A DNA stretch of 64,000 nt, from assembly GCA_963695225.1 (NCBI GenBank), contig OY968762.1, forward strand, positions 2,016,001-2,080,000, in the 5' to 3' direction. The DNA comes from Vulcanimicrobiota bacterium. GTDB lineage: Bacteria; Vulcanimicrobiota; Vulcanimicrobiia; Vulcanimicrobiales; Vulcanimicrobiaceae. Below, in pieces: positions 17,575 to 28,572 of the stretch; positions within the stretch are counted from its first letter, which is position 1; every line of letters begins with the position of its first letter. Position numbers and translations under genes: made by a program. The notes under the pieces were generated by a model that did no database searches, was not told where the DNA came from, and was given only the letters and a program-made list of their open reading frames with translations.

Positions 17575-18927
17575 TTATTTCCCGATGCAAAAGCGCGCGA
17601 AGATGCGGGCGAGCATCTCCTCGCGCGCGTCGCGTCCTGAAAGCGCCGCCAGCGCTGAGCACGCGTCCGAAAGATCGCCTGCGATCAGATCGACCGGTGC
17701 GCCCCGCTCCAGCGTATCGAGCGCGAACTCGAGCGCCCGCTGCGCCTGCGCGACCGCATCCGCCTGCCGGGCGTTCGCCAGGTGCGGGCGGCCGAGATCC
17801 GGCAGACGCCCCTCGAGCGCGAGCTGCTTGAGGGCGCGGCGAAGCGCGCCGATCGTCGCCGCATCGTACGCCGAACCCGACTGCGCGTCCCGTTCCTCGT
17901 CGTCGCGCGCGTCGTATCCGGTCCGGCCGAGATCGGACTTGTTGAAGAACACGAGCCGCGTCCGACCGCGCGTCCGGCCTAGGACCTCGCGCGCATCGGC
18001 GGAGAGCGGGAGCGAACCGTCGACCACGACGAGCGCGATGCGGGCCTCTTCGAGCGCCCGCTCCGCCCGGGCGACCCCGGCAGCCTCGAGCGCCTCCCCG
18101 GCGTTTCGCAGTCCCGCCGTATCGATCACGCGCGCGATCAACCCGTCGAGCGCGAGCGTCTCCTCGATCGTGTCGCGCGTCGTCCCCGCGATCTCGGAGA
18201 CGAGCGCCCGTTCGGCGCCGAGCAACGCGTTGAGCAGCGAGGACTTCCCGGCATTCGGCGGGCCGACGATCGCGACGCTCACGCCCTCGCGCACGATCCG
18301 GCCGACCTCCGCCGTCGCGAGCAAGCGCGAAAGCGCTTCTCGCACGGGTCCGAGGCGTGCGGCCAGCGCCGCACGCGGCGGCGTGTCCACTTCGTCGGGA
18401 AAATCGACCGCCGCCGAGAGTTCGTCGAGCACCGACTCGAGTTCCGCCCGCAGTCGGGCGGCCTCGCGCGCGAGCCCTCCCGCCAACTGCCCCGCGGCCG
18501 CGCGAGCCGCCGAGCGATGCTCGGCCTCGATGAGGTCCGCGACCGCCTCTGCTTGGCTGAGGTCGAGCTTCCCCGCGAGAAACGCCCGCCGCGTGAATTC
18601 GCCCGCCTCCGCCTGCCGCGCCCCCGCTGCCAGGCACGCGAGCAAGACGTCGCGCGCGATCACGGGCGAGCCGTGGACGTGCAATTCCACGACGTCCTCG
18701 CCCGTGTAGCTGGCGGGGGCGGCGAATAGGAGGGCTAGGCCCTGGTCGATCGTCGCCCCCGCAGCGTCGACCGCACGTCCGAACGTCGCGCGCCGGTCCG
18801 CCAGCGGCTCCCGCGAACGGAAGACGCGCCCCGCGATCTCGCGCGCCTGCGGGCCGCTGAGCCGCACGATCGCGATCGCGCCGCGCCCGGGCGCCGTCGC
18901 GACCGCGGCGATCGTCTCCGCGGCCAT
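17575..18927 (-). CDS. mnmE: tRNA modification GTPase
   Basis: ETIAAVAT, SYTGED, GPPNAGKSSL, GTTRD, DTAG, C-terminal FCIGK. Confidence 0.96.
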   Translation of the reverse strand: MAAETIAAVATAPGRGAIAIVRLSGPQAREIAGRVFRSREPLADRRATFGRAVDAAGATIDQGLALLFAAPASYTGEDVVELHVHGSPVIARDVLLACLAAGARQAEAGEFTRRAFLAGKLDLSQAEAVADLIEAEHRSAARAAAGQLAGGLAREAARLRAELESVLDELSAAVDFPDEVDTPPRAALAARLGPVREALSRLLATAEVGRIVREGVSVAIVGPPNAGKSSLLNALLGAERALVSEIAGTTRDTIEETLALDGLIARVIDTAGLRNAGEALEAAGVARAERALEEARIALVVVDGSLPLSADAREVLGRTRGRTRLVFFNKSDLGRTGYDARDDEERDAQSGSAYDAATIGALRRALKQLALEGRLPDLGRPHLANARQADAVAQAQRALEFALDTLERGAPVDLIAGDLSDACSALAALSGRDAREEMLARIFARFCIGK

Positions 18928-18943
18928 AGCAGGTTACGTCACG

Positions 18944-19594
18944 TCAGGGCCGGCGCGGATGGACGACGACCCGGCGCTCCGGCTCGACGCCGGCGGATTC
19001 CGTCGTGACGAACGGGTTGTCGGCCAGGGCCAGGTGAATCACCTTGCGCTCTGAGGGCAACATCGGCTCCAGCGCGATCGGGCGCTTCTCGCGGAGCGCC
19101 CGCTCCAGCGACGTCAGCGCAACGCCGCGCAAGAGATCCGCGCGGCGTGCCCGATACCCTTCAGCGTCGATCGTGAAATAGTGCCGGTCCTTCTTGACGC
19201 CCGCGTTCACGATGTTGTTGAAGATCAGGTTCAGCGCTTCGAGCGTATGGCCGTGCCGGCCGATCAGATTCGCGAGGTCCGCGCCCTGCACTTCGAGGTA
19301 CTCGCCTTCAGGCCGCGCGTAGTAGATCACCTTCGCGCCTTCGATCCCCATCTTCCCGAGGATCGTCTCGAGCAGCTCGCGAGCCGGTTTCGCGCTTTCG
19401 GGCTCGGGGCTCGGGGCCGTCGCGACGCGAGGCGCCCGCTCGGGGCGGTCGTCGAATTGCCGAGCGGATGCCGGCGGGCGGCGCCGCGCGGGGGCTCCCC
19501 CGCCGCCCGGCCCTCCCGAGCGGGCGCGACGGCGCCGGCCATATTCGCCCGGCGCTCCGCCGTCGTTTCGTCCTGGTTGCTGGTCTTCGTCCAC
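18944..19594 (-). CDS. jag: Jag/EloR/KhpB RNA-binding protein (KH + R3H)
   Basis: LIGRHGHTLEAL, DAEGYR, ERKVIH, SAGVEPERRV; position after yidC. Confidence 0.88.
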   Translation of the reverse strand: MDEDQQPGRNDGGAPGEYGRRRRARSGGPGGGGAPARRRPPASARQFDDRPERAPRVATAPSPEPESAKPARELLETILGKMGIEGAKVIYYARPEGEYLEVQGADLANLIGRHGHTLEALNLIFNNIVNAGVKKDRHYFTIDAEGYRARRADLLRGVALTSLERALREKRPIALEPMLPSERKVIHLALADNPFVTTESAGVEPERRVVVHPRRP

Positions 19595-19633
19595 TGGGAT
19601 CCTCTCAAAGGGGAGGTGTGCGGGGCGCGAGCC

Positions 19634-20473
19634 TTATGGGCGCGCCTTTTTCTTTCTCTTGCCCGAGCCGTTCGCCGTGCCCGCCGCACCGGGCGTCGAC
19701 GGCTTGAGCGGTTCGACGGGCTTGGGGCCGGGTTTCGCCGCCGGGGCCGCCGAGGCGCCGGCCGCAGCCCGTTCGGGATGGAACCGCCGGACGAGATACA
19801 ACTGCTGCCCCATCTGGAACAGGTTGAACGAGAGCCAGTACAGCAGGAACGCCGACGGCCACTTGTACTGGAGCCCGAACCAGCCGATCATCATCGGCGA
19901 GATGATCGACATGATCTTCTGCGTTTGCGCCTGTTGCGGGTCGAGCGCGGGGCTCGAGATCCTGATGCTCACGTACATCGAGATCGCGTAGAGCAGCAGC
20001 AGCAGATGATCGGGCTGCGCGAGGCTCGTCGCGAAGAACGCAGGGTACTGTAGCGCCAAGCCGGAGCCGACCCAGCCCCACGACGTCGATGCAAAGACGA
20101 CTTTCTGCGCGTTGATCGCGTACCACACGCTGAAGAGCACCGGCATCGGCAACAACGCGGGAAGGCATCCGCTCGCCGGATTGAAGCCGACCTCTTTGTA
20201 GAGCGCCATCGTTTCCGTGTTGAGCGTCTGCGGATCGTCCTTGTACTTCGCTTTGAGCGCGTTCAGGCGCGGCGTCAGCTCCTTCATCACGGCCTGATTC
20301 TTGATCATCGACGAGTACTGTTTCGTCGAGAGCGGCCACAGCGCGAGCTTGATCAGCGCCGCGAGCAGGATCAGGCTCCAGCCGAAGTTGTGCGTGATGC
20401 CGGTGAGGTACGTCAGCAACGCCGAGATGCCGTTGACGATCGGATCGAGCAGATTCAAACCGAGCAAAAACAA
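19634..20473 (-). CDS. yidC: Membrane protein insertase YidC (short form)
   Basis: FGWSLI, ALYKE.G.NP.SGCLP, LYWLSFN..Q. Confidence 0.92.
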   Translation of the reverse strand: MFLLGLNLLDPIVNGISALLTYLTGITHNFGWSLILLAALIKLALWPLSTKQYSSMIKNQAVMKELTPRLNALKAKYKDDPQTLNTETMALYKEVGFNPASGCLPALLPMPVLFSVWYAINAQKVVFASTSWGWVGSGLALQYPAFFATSLAQPDHLLLLLYAISMYVSIRISSPALDPQQAQTQKIMSIISPMMIGWFGLQYKWPSAFLLYWLSFNLFQMGQQLYLVRRFHPERAAAGASAAPAAKPGPKPVEPLKPSTPGAAGTANGSGKRKKKARP

Positions 20474-20528
20474 ACGAGCGGGAACCTTTCAGTGCCGGGG
20501 GACGGCGAGTTACGATCCTGCGGTACGG

Positions 20529-20741
20529 CTACGGAACTGGATCGATGCCCCCGGGGTGCCAGGGATGACAGCGAGCGATCCGGGCGGCGGCGAGTGATAC
20601 ACCGCGCAAGACCCCATGTTTCAACACGGCCTGCCGCGCGTACTGCGAGCAAGTCGGCGAAAAGCGGCAGGTCGCGGGAAAAAGCGGCGAGATCAGCTTC
20701 CGATAGAGGTCGACGAGCCCGACGACCAGCGTCCGCATCAC
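20529..20741 (-). CDS. yidD: Membrane protein insertion efficiency factor
   Basis: ISPL, CRFSPTCSQY, RCHPWHPGG.DPVP. Confidence 0.93.
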   Translation of the reverse strand: MMRTLVVGLVDLYRKLISPLFPATCRFSPTCSQYARQAVLKHGVLRGVSLAAARIARCHPWHPGGIDPVP

Positions 20742-21064
20742 TCCTCCCGCTTTCCGACCGCGCGGCGCACGTCGGCCGCGAGCCGCGCGTACGGCTCGGC
20801 CAGCGCACCCGGCCGCGCCACGATCACGTAGCGCCGGTTCTCGGGGAGGGCCGCGCCGAGCGCCTCGAGGGCCCCGCGGATGCGCCGCCGCACGAGATTC
20901 CGTTCGACGGCTCCGCCGACCGCTTTCGAGACGGTGATGGCGAACTGCGGCGCTCCGCGGCCTTCGGCCGCGAACGCCGTGATCGTGGGAAAGGCCTGCT
21001 TGCGGCCTCGGCGGCGGACGAACGCGATCTCGTTCGTGCGCCGTAAACGGGCGAACCGACGCAT
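20738..21064 (-). CDS. rnpA: Ribonuclease P protein component
   Basis: VSKAVGGAVERNLVRRR; between rpmH and yidD. Confidence 0.9.
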   Translation of the reverse strand: MRRFARLRRTNEIAFVRRRGRKQAFPTITAFAAEGRGAPQFAITVSKAVGGAVERNLVRRRIRGALEALGAALPENRRYVIVARPGALAEPYARLAADVRRAVGKREE

Positions 21065-21080
21065 GGGCCGGCTGCGAGCC

Positions 21081-21215
21081 CTAGACGGTCAGACGCTTAC
21101 GGCCCTTTTTGCGGCGAGCCGCGAGAACGCGACGGCCGTTCTTCGTGGACATCCGCTCGAGGAAGCCGTGAACGCGCTTGCGGCGCCGGTTGTGGGGCTG
21201 AAAGGTGCGTTTCAC
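21081..21215 (-). CDS. rpmH: 50S ribosomal protein L34
   Basis: [20 protein letters not shown]. Confidence 0.97.
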   Translation of the reverse strand: MKRTFQPHNRRRKRVHGFLERMSTKNGRRVLAARRKKGRKRLTV

Positions 21216-21248
21216 GATGCGACAACTCCGCTGGAAAGAAAGCACCCA

Positions 21249-21278
21249 AGTATAGCCGGGGCGCAGGGGAGCAGTCAA
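21249..21278 (-). promoter_or_regulatory. Sigma70-type promoter of rpmH
   Basis: TTGACT-18 nt-TATACT on the minus strand. Confidence 0.7.
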
Positions 21279-21327
21279 GGCCGTCCGGCGCACTTGTCGT
21301 CCGGCGCACTTGGGAACCATTCCCAGT

Positions 21328-21517
21328 CTGTCCACACCTGTGGACGGTCCTGTGGAGAGACTCCGCGCGCAAACCGCCTCCGCGCACCGCAAATGCCCGT
21401 CGGAACTTGCTTTCCCGTTTTCCACCGGGCCTGCGAAAGGGGGTCGCCGCGAACCCCCCGCCCCAACTTCCTCCGAGCTTTGCCCCCCTGTGGACAAGTG
21501 CATAAGTTCGTGGACAA
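21328..21517. other. oriC part 1: DnaA-box cluster upstream of dnaA
   Basis: CTGTCCACA 21328, TGTGGACGG 21339, TGTGGAGAG 21351, TTTTCCACC 21418, TGTGGACAA 21489, CGTGGACAA 21509. Confidence 0.8.
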
Positions 21518-21633
21518 ATGCCGGAGGATTCGACTTCCCCGCCTCCAATCGTTCCGGCCTACTCTCGGGTCCCGATCAAGCCGCTCGCGGCCTGCGGCCC
21601 GGCCCGGAGGAATTTTGGCGAGGCGGTTGGTCG

Positions 21634-23010
21634 ATGGGGATTGCGGTCGGTAGCCCAGGCATTTCGAACGAGTTGTGGGCGGCGGCGCTCGCTCAACTCG
21701 AGCAGCGTTACTCGAAGCCCGTTTTCGAAATGTGGCTCAAGAAGATTAGGGTCGCGAGCTTCGACGGTTCCGAAATCACGTTGACGGTCCACACGCCGTT
21801 CGCCCGCGATTGGGCCGAAAACCGCCTGCGGGCGGACATCACGGAGGTCCTCGGGCATTTGCTCGGCATGCCCGTCGCCATCTCGTTCGTCGTGGCCGAG
21901 AGCGCTCCGGCGTTCGAGCGCGCGGCCGTTCCGGCGCCCGCAGCGCCGGCCCTTGCCCGCCGGGAAACCCCCGAAGAGTCCCGGCCCGGGAATCTCAACC
22001 CACGCTACACCTTCGAAGAATTCGTCATCGGGAATTCCAATCGCTTCGCGCACGCAGCCTCGCAGGCCGTCGCCGAAGCCCCGGCCCGGGCCTACAATCC
22101 GTTGTTTCTCTACGGCGGCGTCGGTCTCGGCAAGACGCACCTCATGCACGCGATCGGGCACCGCGTCCTCGCCGCGAACCCGCTTGCGAACGTCGTCTAC
22201 GTCACGAGCGAGAAATTCACGAACGAATTCATCATCGCCATCAAGAACAACCAAACCGTCGAATTCCGCAACCGCTACCGGCACGTCGACTTGCTCTTGA
22301 TCGACGATATCCAATTCTTGGTCGGGAAGGAACAGACGCAAGAGGAGTTCTTCCACACGTTCAATTCGCTTCACGAAGCGAGCCGGCAACTCGTCATTTC
22401 GAGCGATCGCCCCCCAAAGGAGATCCAGACGCTCGAAAACCGGCTGCGCTCCCGCTTCGAGTGGGGGCTCCTGACGGACATACAGCCGCCCGACCTCGAA
22501 ACGCGCGAGGCGATCTTGCGCAAGAAGGCCGAGTTGGAGAAGATCCCGGTCCCGGACGAAGTCACCTCGTTCATCGCGAAGGTGATCCCTTCGAACATTC
22601 GCGAGCTCGAGGGCGCGCTGATTCGCGTCGTGGCGTACGCCGAGCTGACGAAGTCGACGATCACGACGGACCTCGCCGCCGACGTGCTCAAAAGCAGCGT
22701 CAGCGCGTTGCCGCCGCGCCGCGTCACGATCGCCCTCATCAAGGAACGGGTTTCCCGGGCGCACGGCCTGACCGTCAAGGAAATGGACCACCACCGCCGC
22801 GATCAACGCCTGACCGTCCCGCGGCAGATCGCAATGTACCTCGCGACCGAGCTCACCGACAATTCGTTGCCCCAGATCGCGCGCGAATTCCAGAAGAAAG
22901 ATCACACGACCATCATGTACGCGCGCGACAAGGTCAAGCAGTTGATGGACGTCGACGAGGCATACCGCAACAAGGTTCGCGCGCTCATGAGCCTCTGCCA
23001 GAACGACTGA
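21634..23010 (+). CDS. dnaA: Chromosomal replication initiator DnaA
   Basis: YNPLFLYGGVGLGKTHL, LLIDDIQF, RLRSRF.WGL, RELEGAL, DHTT. Confidence 0.97.
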   Translation: MGIAVGSPGISNELWAAALAQLEQRYSKPVFEMWLKKIRVASFDGSEITLTVHTPFARDWAENRLRADITEVLGHLLGMPVAISFVVAESAPAFERAAVPAPAAPALARRETPEESRPGNLNPRYTFEEFVIGNSNRFAHAASQAVAEAPARAYNPLFLYGGVGLGKTHLMHAIGHRVLAANPLANVVYVTSEKFTNEFIIAIKNNQTVEFRNRYRHVDLLLIDDIQFLVGKEQTQEEFFHTFNSLHEASRQLVISSDRPPKEIQTLENRLRSRFEWGLLTDIQPPDLETREAILRKKAELEKIPVPDEVTSFIAKVIPSNIRELEGALIRVVAYAELTKSTITTDLAADVLKSSVSALPPRRVTIALIKERVSRAHGLTVKEMDHHRRDQRLTVPRQIAMYLATELTDNSLPQIAREFQKKDHTTIMYARDKVKQLMDVDEAYRNKVRALMSLCQND

Positions 23011-23135
23011 CCGCCGAGCGTTCTCCCGGATCGTACCGGCGCGGGCTGCCCGAATGCAGGCCGCGCCTTTTCTTTTCCCCGTCCAGCTCCGCCGCGCACG
23101 CCCGAGCCCGCCGCCGCACCCGCCATTTCACGCTT

Positions 23136-23325
23136 TCCCCCACAGGGCGCGTTACCGAACGTGGATAACCTCCCAAACGGCCCGGACCGTGAGCAAGTGG
23201 ATTTGCGTGCCCAATCCATGAACACGTTGTCCGGCGCGCAAAACGGCGCGAACCCGTCGTTTGCGCGGTTATCCGCAGTTTCCACGCCCTTACTACTACG
23301 ACGACTATCTTTACCTAAAGAATAG
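23136..23325. other. oriC part 2: DnaA boxes, DnaA-trios and unwinding element
   Basis: CGTGGATAA 23160; tandem TTATCCGCA/GTTTCCACG 23269-23286; CCCT spacer; TACTACTACGACGACTAT 23291-23308; short AT-rich tail. Confidence 0.85.
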
Positions 23326-23359
23326 AGGAACGCATGGAGATCGTGCGACCGGTGGACGC

Positions 23360-24487
23360 GTGAAGTTCTCTTGCAGCACCAAAGACATCGCCGGGGCCGT
23401 CGGCACCGCAAGCAAAGTCGTCAACGCGCATACTACGGTCCCGATCCTTTCGAACGTCTTGCTGACGGCCGACGGCGACCAGATTCGCGTGCGCGCGACC
23501 GACCTCGAGCTGACGATGGAGCACGTGTTCCCGGCGCAGGTCGCCGAGGCGGGGAGCGTCACCGTTCCGGCAAAGCTGTTCAGCGGATACCTCAGCAATC
23601 TGCCCCCGGGCGTGATCGAACTGAGCGGGACTCCGTCGCGCGCGACCGCCAAGAGCGGGCGGTCGAATTACGATTTTCACGCGCTGCCGGCGGACGAGTA
23701 CCCGCCGCTCCCCTCCGCCCAGCGTGGAACGACGTTCGCGATCGACGCGAAGCGGTTCCGCGAAGGGGTCAACGCCACGACCTTCGCCGCTTCCAACGAA
23801 GAGGCGCGCGGGCAGGTCCTGATGGGAACGTTGCTCGAGGTTGCGGGCGACCGCTTGACGATGGTCGCGACCGATGGTTACCGTCTCGCGAAGTTCGAGA
23901 CCGCGCTCGCGCGCGGCCTGGGCGATACGGCGCCCGTAAAGTACATCGTTCCCTCGCGCGCGCTCAACGAAGCCGCTCGCAATCTGGGAGGCGCCGAGCA
24001 GGTCGAGATCGCGGCACTCGGCCCGGCTGCGAACCAGCTCTCGTTCATGGTTCCGCAAACGTCGATCGTCGTCCGGCTGGTAGACGGGCAGTACCCGAAT
24101 TACAGCCAAGTGATTCCGGCCCAGTTCGACCGTTCGGCGACCGCGAACACCGCGGCCCTGATCGGCGGCTTGCGCCGCGCCGAGCTCGTCGCGGGGGACC
24201 GCGCGAGCATGGTCAAGCTCAACCTCGCCGCTTCGCAGCTGATCATCACGGCGAATAGCGATACGGCGGGGAACGCCTACGAGGAACTCGAGGTAGAGCA
24301 GACCGGCGGCGAGCTGACGATCGCGTTCAACGCCCGTTACCTCGTCGAAATCCTGACGCACGTCGAAACGGAGCGCGTCGTGCTCGAGTTCCTCGGGCCG
24401 CTCTCGCCGGCGGCGATCCGCCCGGCAACGGCGGAGGATGCGGGACCGAACCGTCAGCTCTACGTGTTGATGCCCCTGCGCCAGTAG
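23360..24487 (+). CDS. dnaN: DNA polymerase III beta clamp
   Basis: PILSNVLL, ATDLE, VATDGYRL, GQYPNY, IAFNARYL, VLMPLR. Confidence 0.96.
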   Translation: MKFSCSTKDIAGAVGTASKVVNAHTTVPILSNVLLTADGDQIRVRATDLELTMEHVFPAQVAEAGSVTVPAKLFSGYLSNLPPGVIELSGTPSRATAKSGRSNYDFHALPADEYPPLPSAQRGTTFAIDAKRFREGVNATTFAASNEEARGQVLMGTLLEVAGDRLTMVATDGYRLAKFETALARGLGDTAPVKYIVPSRALNEAARNLGGAEQVEIAALGPAANQLSFMVPQTSIVVRLVDGQYPNYSQVIPAQFDRSATANTAALIGGLRRAELVAGDRASMVKLNLAASQLIITANSDTAGNAYEELEVEQTGGELTIAFNARYLVEILTHVETERVVLEFLGPLSPAAIRPATAEDAGPNRQLYVLMPLRQ

Positions 24488-24494
24488 GCGCCGT

Positions 24495-25610
24495 GTGTAC
24501 CTGATCCGCCTCGCGCTCGCGAACGTCAGAAACTACGCCTCGCTCGAGTTCTTCCCCGAGCGCGGTCTCAACGTGTTCGTCGGAGCGAACGCGCAGGGAA
24601 AGAGCAACCTGCTGGAAGCGATCGCGCTGCTGGGCACGGGGAAATCGTTTCGCACCACGCGGGAAGCGGAGATCGTGCGCGCCGGGATGCCGAGCGCCAC
24701 GATCGCGGGGAGCGCGCGCACGTCGGCCGGCGAGGTCCGCCTGAGTTGCACGCTGGGCGCCGCGGGCAGCGGGCTGCGTAAGCGCTATGCGATCAACGGG
24801 CGGCACGTCCGCTATGCGAGTTACCTCGGGCGTACCCGGATCGTCACCTTCACGCCGGCGGATCTCCAACTCGTCGCGGGCCCGCCCGGCCTGCGCCGGA
24901 CGCTCTTGAACGCGGCGCTCGCGCAGCAGAGCCCGAGCTACTATGCGGCGCTCGCTGCGTACACGAAGAACCTCGCGCAGAAGAGCGCGCTCCTGCGGGC
25001 GCCGGAGCGCGTGGATGCGGATCTCCTGGCAACCTACGACGAACGCCTCGTCGCAACGGGAACGCAGCTCATGTTGGAGCGCCGCCACTATGCCGCCGCG
25101 CTCGCGGAGGTGGCGCGGGGCGTGCACGCTTCATGGGTCGGCCCGCACGCCGCCGACGGAGAGCTCGACGTCCGGTACCGCCCGAACGTTCCGTTCGAGA
25201 CTTCGACGGCCGACGCAGTCGCGTCCGCGTTCGAAGCGCGCCTGCGCGCGCTTCGCGAGCAGGAGGCGGCGCGGCGTCAAACGCTTGCGGGCCCGCACCG
25301 CGACGACCTCGAGCTATTCTTGGGCGGACGCTCGCTCGCGATCTACGGCTCGCAGGGGCAACAGCGCACCGCCGTGCTCGCCCTCAAAGTCGCGGAGTAT
25401 CGCGTTCTCGAGGCGCGCAGCGGGGATGCGCCGATCCTGCTGCTCGACGACGTCCTCTCGGAGCTGGACGCCGAGCGGCAGGGCGCATTCTTGCGCGGCG
25501 TCGAGAGCTTCGAACAGGCATTCGTCACGACGACGCATCCCGTCCCGGCGGTCGGCGGGACGCACCACACCGTCGTGGCCGCTCGAATCGGGCGCCTGGC
25601 CCCATGCTGA
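24495..25610 (+). CDS. recF: DNA replication/repair protein RecF
   Basis: GANAQGKSNLLEAI, GPHRDDL, SQGQQR, LLLDDVLSELD. Confidence 0.95.
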   Translation: MYLIRLALANVRNYASLEFFPERGLNVFVGANAQGKSNLLEAIALLGTGKSFRTTREAEIVRAGMPSATIAGSARTSAGEVRLSCTLGAAGSGLRKRYAINGRHVRYASYLGRTRIVTFTPADLQLVAGPPGLRRTLLNAALAQQSPSYYAALAAYTKNLAQKSALLRAPERVDADLLATYDERLVATGTQLMLERRHYAAALAEVARGVHASWVGPHAADGELDVRYRPNVPFETSTADAVASAFEARLRALREQEAARRQTLAGPHRDDLELFLGGRSLAIYGSQGQQRTAVLALKVAEYRVLEARSGDAPILLLDDVLSELDAERQGAFLRGVESFEQAFVTTTHPVPAVGGTHHTVVAARIGRLAPC

Positions 25611-26416
25611 CCCCGCTGCGGTCCGCTCTCGCCGGCTGGCGCCCGGAGAGCGCGCCCGACTTCGGCGACGGCCTCGGAGCGATCGTGGCGGCCTGGCCCG
25701 CGATCGTCGGGCAGGCGAGCGCGAGCCACTCGCGGCCGGCCGAGTTGCGCGACGGCGTCTTGCTGATCCTCGTCACCGGGAGCGCCTGGAGCCAGCAACT
25801 CTCGTTCCTGGCGGACCGGATCCTCGTGGAGATCGCCGCGATTTCCGGGACGGAGAAGGTCCGCCGCCTGCGCTTCCGGGTGGGGCGCGTCCGCCGGCAG
25901 CAGGCCGCCCGCGCGGCGCACCGGAGCACGCCGGCCCTTCCGCTTCCCCCGCTCGATCCGGCGGCCTCGCCGCAGGAGCATTTGGCGCGCTTCCGGCGCC
26001 GGGTTGAAGCGGCGCGCCGGTCCTCCCACGCCGCCTGCCCCCTCTGCGGAGCGCGGCGCGACGAGGGGACGCCGTGCGCACCGTGCGAGGGTCTGGCGCG
26101 CGCCGAGCGCCAACGCGCGGCGGAGCGGCTGCTCTTCGATGCGCCATGGCTCGACGAGCACGCGCTGCGCTCGCAAGTCGCAGGCCTCGGCACCGACGAC
26201 GTCCGCGCCGTTCGGCGCCGCCTGCTCTCGCGCTGGCGCACGGCGATCGCGCGCGTCGAGCGCGCGAAACGCGTCGGAGAGTACGAGCGCCACATCGCGC
26301 AATCGTACGTCGTCCTGCAGTCGGGTGTCGCGCCGGATCGCATCGCTCCCGAAACGATCCGAAACCTCCTGGGCGCGGAACTCGCCGCATTGCTCTTTCC
26401 CGCCACGACGGGGTGA
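25604..26416 (+). CDS. DciA/DUF721-family protein with CxxC-CxxC extension
   Basis: W.AIVG...A.HSRP..L.DGVL.I.V..SAW.QQL; located between recF and gyrB. Confidence 0.75.
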   Translation: MLTPLRSALAGWRPESAPDFGDGLGAIVAAWPAIVGQASASHSRPAELRDGVLLILVTGSAWSQQLSFLADRILVEIAAISGTEKVRRLRFRVGRVRRQQAARAAHRSTPALPLPPLDPAASPQEHLARFRRRVEAARRSSHAACPLCGARRDEGTPCAPCEGLARAERQRAAERLLFDAPWLDEHALRSQVAGLGTDDVRAVRRRLLSRWRTAIARVERAKRVGEYERHIAQSYVVLQSGVAPDRIAPETIRNLLGAELAALLFPATTG

Positions 26417-28417
<2,001 letters not shown>

Positions 28418-28572
28418 GGGGGCGCGCCAAGACGCACGCCGCGTGAGTTCTCGCGCGGGTCTTGTGCGTGAGGATCGGCGGAAGGTGAAGTCCGGGGGCC
28501 CGTTTGGGTATATCGACTCGGTGAGTGCGTGGGCGGGAGCCTTTTGGACGCTCCTTCGTTAATGAGAGCGTC

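Noticed and set aside
23261..23359. N-terminal extension of DnaN (YYYDDY...)
   Set aside because: This is the translated DnaA-trio/unwinding element; the clamp homology starts at GTG 23360.
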